DNA of 64,000 nucleotides, taken from Tubulanus polymorphus. Its lineage: Eukaryota > Animalia > Nemertea. The notes under the pieces were generated by a model. It was not told the DNA's origin. It did not search any database and saw only the letters and a list, made by a program, of their open reading frames with translations. This document shows, one piece after another, positions 57,270-64,000 of the stretch (within the stretch, counting starts at the first letter, position 1; the number at the start of each line of letters is the position of its first letter). The stretch covers positions 29,422,150-29,486,149 of the forward strand of contig NC_134026.1 in the NCBI RefSeq assembly GCF_964204645.1, given 5' to 3'. Made by a program: the position numbers and the translations under genes.

Positions 57270-59229
57270 TTAATGTTCTTTAAGAGTTAATTTTTGTGAA
57301 ACGAGATATTCTTGTCCAGCTGCTAGAGCTATAGGTTGATTAACTCGTCCTGCTTCTACGCATAGCATTATACGATATTCATCATCACCGAAATCAGACA
57401 TCTGTTTCGCTTTCTCATTCCACGGGTTCCACAACACTGAAAAATATAAAATAGGATCGCTTTATTGACATATACCGAGACCTACTGCTACAAACATACG
57501 TGAAACAAAAATACGAACCAGTATCGGGAAGGTTTGACTTCGATAGGTTGACTATTGTCTGTTTACCATTTTCAGCATATCTAATTTCATGTTCTCCTCG
57601 ACTGTCTATATAAATCCTGAATAAGATAAATGATCACCGACATCAAACATGAATATCATTCAAGCATTCGCGTCTGTTATCTCTAAATATAAATTGACAT
57701 CAAAAGTAATACTTTTAAATTCGTAAATGAATTGGAAATATTTTTGATTTGATATTTTTGGGAATAATTGAGCTGTTTTTAGAGACGGGGAGTAGAAACG
57801 AATCTGAAATAATGGTCATAGTCAGGTCTGGTGAAGACATTTAAAAATCGAAACTGATTCAATATTTTGAAGTCGAATGAAAGATGAGCAATAATTTACC
57901 TATCTGTGTGTTCATTCACTACAACCTCAGTTCTATCTTCTTCACATTCTTCGCTGTATTTCACCTGAAACATATTCACCCTTATTATGAACGATCCTTC
58001 AAATAAGATAATCTTAATTGAAATTTGCGAAACTCCTCTCTTACTTTATCGATGTATTTTAAGCCTTTAAGTCCGGAGACAACGGTATCTGTCACTTCCG
58101 GTACTAACAGATATGTGTGCAATAAACATGTAAAATCAAAGAATGATGCACCTACAAATAAATTATAACAATTAGTAAGGACCTGTTAAACTAGTTTTTG
58201 AAGTAACAGAAATGATGAGGTAACATGAACAATAATCAGGGGGAAAAATTACTGACTTCTGTTGATGATTTTCAAACTTGTGAGAAGGGATTTCTCTTGT
58301 AAAACAACAGTATATTCTAACTTAAATCTGTAATAGATTAAGAATTATATCAATGAATAATTAGTTTATCAAATGAATTTGAACTGCAAAATAATCCACA
58401 AACCTGTAGTTCCACATTTTCCTTGTTTCTTCGTCATCTTCTAAACTAAAAACTGCTTTCAAATCACCATTGCTTTCCTGCAATTCGATAAATCATATCA
58501 AGAAAAATCCATGCATTCTCACTTGAATAAAACGTCAGTGAGCGCTTACTTTGACAGGATCTGTTTCTAAATTCCACATCTTAATCCTAGCAAAACCATG
58601 CTGAGGACCGAGTTTCCATGGGCCAAAATTAGCTGAAATATCAAAGGCAATTTTTGTAATTTTTTTTTCTTCAACTTATTTCGTTAAACGACTTTTTCAG
58701 AAATCTGAAACTCACGAAATACTAATGGAATTCCTCCCCTTATTGCTTTATTGTTTTTCAAATGAGCCTCTTCACTAGAATTGAAAAATATTTCTATGAA
58801 CAGACAAAAACAGATAAACGTCAAAAAGTGTATTTAAGTCCTATCACCCAAGACGAAGAGAAAGTTAAGCTGCATCAGACATAAGGTTTCATCATCTTAC
58901 CTAAGAAATAGCCTCTGCTTACCAGCAGACACCCATGATATTACTGTGGCACCTATAAATAGCCATGAAACGTATTTGTAGCCCAATAAATTATATTTGT
59001 TTTGAATTGGATATTTTCCAACCCGGAAGTAAATCATTGTAAACATCTAATTTACGGCAAATTTTGGACAGAATCATAGGACAAAACCAATCAAAAACAC
59101 AGAATCATGCAACAGTTTAAGGATATCGTTCATATTCGACCTCATACCATAGCGTCGAATTGTTGCGTTACAGTTTTTATTTCGATGAAGAACGATTTCG
59201 TCGTCGTCGACACTTATGGGCGCAGCCAT
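57270..59229 (-). CDS. Glucose-6-phosphate 1-epimerase (aldose 1-epimerase family, YMR099C/YeaD-like), ~10 short exons mostly missed by the ORF track
   Basis: Joined exons: ATIRRYGATVISWVSAGKQRLFLSEEAHLKNNKAIRGGIPLVFP-NFGPWKLGPQHGFAR..FDFTCLLHTY..GLKGLKYIDK..EHTDRIY..VLWNPWNEKAKQMSDFGDDEYRIMLCVEAG. Confidence 0.93.
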
Positions 59230-59647
59230 GTTGGAATTGACTAGTTGCCGTATTCTACACCTACATGAAGCTATCACTTTATTCGGATCTACCAGATTCA
59301 GGTTCCGGTTCTCCCGTACGTGTCTCACTGCCGGCAATACTTAAAATGCAAACTCGTGTCATTACCCTGCTGAAATGGCGAATACTATGATTGTTTCCTG
59401 TTGTTGATCTTGATTATCGATCGCTATCAGTATCAACCCGATTGACTGCGTAAAACGACATTTTATCAAAATAGCTTAACACAAAAAGAACTTATGAATT
59501 ATGAATGATCCGGAGGGCCGTTTTTTATCATTAACTTGACTACGGATCTAGGTAAAACCAAAGAATTTTATTTTTATCTGTTCCCCATCGCTCCTTTTTT
59601 ATTCAGCATATATATGGAAATAAGAACAAATATTTGTAATTTTTTTA

Positions 59648-60063
59648 CTTTGAACATCTTAATTGCGGTCGCGTGTCTCTGACCCATCTTTGATAATAGA
59701 TTTAGCAAAATCGAATCTGGAAGATGGGCTTTTTTAACATGTTTCTAGTTTTTGGCGGCATTTGAAGGTTCATGAAGATATCAAAAAATATAAAAAATTC
59801 AGAAAACTCTCAGTTCCCGTTTTTTTATACATAGACTTTGAACACTTTAATTGCGGTCGCGTGTCTCTGATCCGTCCTTGATAATAGATTCAGCAAAGTA
59901 GAATCTGGAATATGGGCTTTTTTTAACATGTTTCTAGTTTTTGGCGGTATTAGCGAATTAGATCATTTGAAAGATCATACAGATTTCTCTAACATATCAA
60001 AAATGCAGAAAACTCTCAGTTCCCGTTTTTTAATTAATCGAACATCTTTGAATATCTTAATTG
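59648..60063. repeat. Tandem ~190-210 bp duplication (2 copies plus the start of a third)
   Basis: ctttgaaca..ttaattgcggtcgcgtgtctctga...gaaaactctcagttcccgttttt recurs at ~59648 and ~59836, partially at ~60046. Confidence 0.85.
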
Positions 60064-61146
60064 ACAACAGGCGCGCGCCTATTCAATTTCATTATATGGA
60101 TATGTTACTGACTAATGCTATTTGGCCTATAATCAAACCGACATAGAAACTACATTAATTAACGCGTATTGTGTTACGCCTTTTGATCGAGATAATGAGA
60201 CAAATTTCGATTGAATTTCAAAGGACACTTTTGCCTTTTGTGCCATTTTGAATAGGTTACATATCATTGGTAATTTGCTTTAATCTTACATCGCGTATCT
60301 CTAGGTGGTCAGTTTCCGAAATGCAATCGATTTATCAATACTTTGAATATTATTATTGTCCCTACATTTTTAATAATCATATATCATCCTTATCCACTGA
60401 TGATTCGGCGTTCCCCAGGATATAAACTCTAATGGCTATGTTCTCTATTTTTTCAGACACAGCACACAAGAGCTACCCCAGTTACACATACAAACGATTC
60501 ACTTACGAAAATGTTTCATTATAATTAAATTTGTTCAGTAAATTTTTCAGTAAAAATCCCCCATCTCTTGACTTAGGGTGCAAGTAGATCTATGAAAGTG
60601 ATGTATGCATATAAAGGTATCCAATTTATATATATTCAACTCTATTGTATAGTAAAAGAATATCATAAGCACTAATTATTGTACAATTGAAAAATACTAC
60701 AAATAAACAGTTCATTATCAAAATTTATCGCACAGCTCAAACCTATCGCAAGTTAAAAAGAGTTATCATACAGTTAAAATTTACACCAGCATGAATTCAT
60801 TCTGAAATATTTCAAATGAAAAGTTAATTAATTCTATCAATTCTAAGAATTTATTTAAAGATTTATCACGACGAAAAGGGTTAATTGTACAGTTCAAATA
60901 TGTTGCAGTATCGCGAATGAAAAATATTGGAGAAATATCTTGCTTTGAAATGTTCTTGCACAATCGTAGAGTGGATATATTTTTACTTGCCGGTACTTTG
61001 AAGATTTAGGGATTATTAGCTAGGGGACATTTACAAAGGGATTTTTTCCTACAACCACAACACCGTAATCAATCAATATAATGTAATCATAGTATATCTC
61101 CCCCTCCTGACTCCACAAGCCAGCGCGGCTGGAGGCCCGATTCCTT

Positions 61147-64000
61147 TTACCCGGAACCGGCACCGAACCTACGGTCGTCAATCCGCTGTTCATAAGAATC
61201 ACGAGGAAAACAACTAATAGAAACATCTGGGGAAAAAACAACAAAACTCTCGTCACATTTGAAACTGACTTGAAACTGTATTTCATAATCGGAAAAATGG
61301 CTTTCCATGCACCACACCCTCCTTCCTTTCTCAATCAGGGCCCCTGTTGTTGTAAAGTTTCTGATCCCACATACATAAACATCTATTTCAGGTGTTTTTT
61401 GAAGAATGAGCGTATAAGTGATGGATGTGGAGTCATTTGACACCCTCACCTCGCGGACTCTGAGAGGATGGATTCAGTATTATCGCCCGATGCCAACACC
61501 CCTCCTTGACTGAGCTTGATTGGAGCTACAAACTTTTGCTCAAATTCCTCACCCGTCGGGCAAGAATTTCTCTTTCAATAACCTCTCACCTTTGAACTGG
61601 GATACGTGTCCAGTGGTCGCTTGACGTCTGAATGAGCAAACACAGAAATTAGTTCTTTCACTGCCGTACCAGTTGAACATTAATTTGTATCAATAATGAG
61701 AAACAAATACTAGACCTCGCAATTTATATTTATTGTTCTTGACTTCATTCGTGTCAAAAACATCAATAGTTGATTGGCAGATAATCAAAGGAAATATTAA
61801 TTGAAAACTCGAGTTTTGGGTCAAATATTGGATTTCGCTGTTATTGCACGTATAGCCTCTTTAATGACAGACGAAAAAAAAAACGATATGAAAATCTCGT
61901 CGATTCAGAAATAGGGATTTTCCTTAATATCATTCTAACGCCGCCCCGTCAGATTGTAATTTCTGGTCTGCGGTACAGTCCACAATGCACGAAGCCAGCT
62001 TTGACAGTCGAGGCTACTGCGGGGAACATGCGTCGTGTGAGGAACCATCCTCGCTTGCCAGGGGTCCGGTATCGCTCCCGAACTCGCTTCCACCAGCGGC
62101 AACAACTATATACTGGACTGTAGCGCTTGAATAGATTTATCTTTTCTGAAAGTTAGGGACATGCCGAAAATCTGATCGTAATAAACGGTTTTCGTCCTAA
62201 ACACAATCGTATTAATGGGGTTCAACTGTCGTCTCGTTTCATTTAATTCACTTCCAGAGAAAAAAGAATCCATGTACAATAGACTTGACTAACTCGAATC
62301 AATAAAGACAAGGTGATAATTGTCACCTGCAGATAAAAGAATTTCAATGCAATAGTTCAATGTCTTTATGTCCGAGTTGATGTAAGCTTGGAAAATCATT
62401 ACTCCAAGATAAAAGTGACTGGACTTGAAATGATTCTAGTTAAGAGAGTCCACCGTACATTATATAAAGAAATAATAACACATATAATTTGTAGAGAACA
62501 ACTGACCATTAATGATACTGATGTTAAAACAACTAGTGGTTAGTAGTTCAAATGGTATTCATAAACAATAGTTCAACAGATAATCAAACACCATAAAATC
62601 AATGTATTCATCAATATAATAATCAAACAAGTCAAGAGCAAACTGAGTATCTTGAGTTAAGAGTTTAACATCGTCACAATGAGATGCAACACAAAAACAA
62701 TCATTTAAAAAAAATAAATGTATTTACAAAAACAAACGCAGTCACAAGTACATAATCTCCGCATATACAGTGCATTCATTCATCACTGTAACAAAACTCT
62801 AAACCAAAGTTTGACATCCTCAATTATCATTTACAAAATAATTTAACCAGCACAACAAAAACAAGAGAAGCCCTTTGAAATGTATGCATATAAAACGCTA
62901 AGTCGCAGCACATCAGTAATTAATAACCCACAATCAGATTCAACAACAAACCAGCCAATCAAACCATCAGTTCATATTTATTTTCCAATAGATGTACAAT
63001 GTGTATTTACATTCAACCTATCCCTGAAGCCATCAGCCTCAGAGAAATTGGTCGGTACCTCTTGAACTACGATAACTCGCGGTAACAAATACTGAAAGTC
63101 CCGTATTGACGGAGAAATTTGTCGGCATCTCAGGAACTACAATAACTCGAGGTAACAATCACTGAAAGCCCCGATTTGACGGAGAAATTGGTCGGCATCT
63201 CTGGAACTGCGCTAACTCGTGGTAACAATCACTGAAAGTCCCGTATTGACGGAGAAATTGGTCGGCATCTCTGGAACTACGATAACTCGCGGTAACAAAC
63301 ACTGAAAGTCCCGATTTGACGGAGAAATTGGTCGGCATCTCTGATCTGATCTTTTCCTGTCGTCTGATATTCTACAGCCAACCACAAGCTCAATACATGT
63401 ACTACAATGTGAAAACACAAAATATGAATAATGATATCATTTTTGAGACTTCTTTGAAATAAATTTCAATTATACCTGCTTTTTAGTAGATTCAGACACA
63501 TGTCTCTTAGGTTTTTCATGAGGAAATTGATCTGCATCATCGGTATCGTTTCCATCTTGATATCTGGTATTGTGTGACGATTAACTCAATACTAACTACA
63601 ACAACAATGTACTAAATATAAACTATGATTTTCATTCATAAGACTCTTCATAAAAACAAAATTCATCTAATTTCAATTTTACCTGATTTATAGTCAATTC
63701 AGATTCATGACTCGGACCTTGAGGAATTTGCTCAATTCTTCCAGAACTCTGATATTTTCCTTTCCTCTGGTTTTGCACATCTCTTACTACACAACAACAG
63801 TCCACTGGCTACAACAAAAATACATAAAAGTAACCAGTTTCATTGAGTCGACTGTTCCTGCAAAGAAATTCATAAGTTCAATTTTACCTGATTCATAGTC
63901 AATCTAGTCACATGACATAGAAGAGAAATTGCTCAGAACTTCAGTAACTTTTCGTATCTTCTTGAACTTTCTGTTTGATGTGGAGATGCCCCAGAGTACT
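61147..64000 (-). pseudogene. Probable decayed multi-exon gene of unknown family, continuing beyond the window
   Basis: The putative last exon (acceptor ~61628) reads DVKRPLDTYPSSKVRGY*KRNSCP...TESIL, then frameshifts into RVREVRVSNDS...GSG*. Upstream exon-like modules have gtaaa/gtata donors and some carry stops. Confidence 0.45.
63041..63343. repeat. 70-bp minisatellite, ~4.3 copies
   Basis: Units GGAGAAATTGGTCGGCATCTCTGGAACT...CCCG[TA][TA]TTGAC start at 63041, 63111, 63181, 63251 and 63321. Confidence 0.95.

Noticed and set aside
61575-61577. In-frame TGA as selenocysteine
   Set aside because: No SECIS identified and a nearby frameshift points to decay; the context suggests Trp rather than Cys.
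63041-63343. Regularly spaced repeats resembling a CRISPR array
   Set aside because: The whole 70-bp unit repeats with no unique spacers, there are no cas genes, and the context is eukaryotic.

Overview
AT-rich, gene-dense eukaryotic (invertebrate animal, probably lophotrochozoan-like; taxon is inference) DNA with short GT-AG introns. No prokaryotic features, CRISPR, rRNA or tRNA were recognised. Ten spliced protein genes could be reconstructed by eye: LDB1/Chip (+), C19orf53-like (+), TP53I13/DUF3105-like (-), FAM184A-like (+), CDC23 (-), NDOR1 (+), NUP155 (-), a divergent FANCC-like gene (+), Mesh/SUSD2-like (-) and glucose-6-phosphate 1-epimerase (-). A decaying multi-exon gene runs off the right end. 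Introns carry a 5'-truncated LINE, two IS3EU-like MITEs with 6-bp TSDs, and other MITE families. The most striking observation is that LDB/Chip has two tandem, intact, alternative terminal exons encoding two different LIM-interaction domains, with a strong synonymous-substitution signature. Also notable are a U12 intron in NUP155, an invertebrate FANCC candidate, a palindromic bidirectional poly(A) signal, and convergent genes only 51 bp apart. Exon boundaries were read manually and may be off by a few bases.
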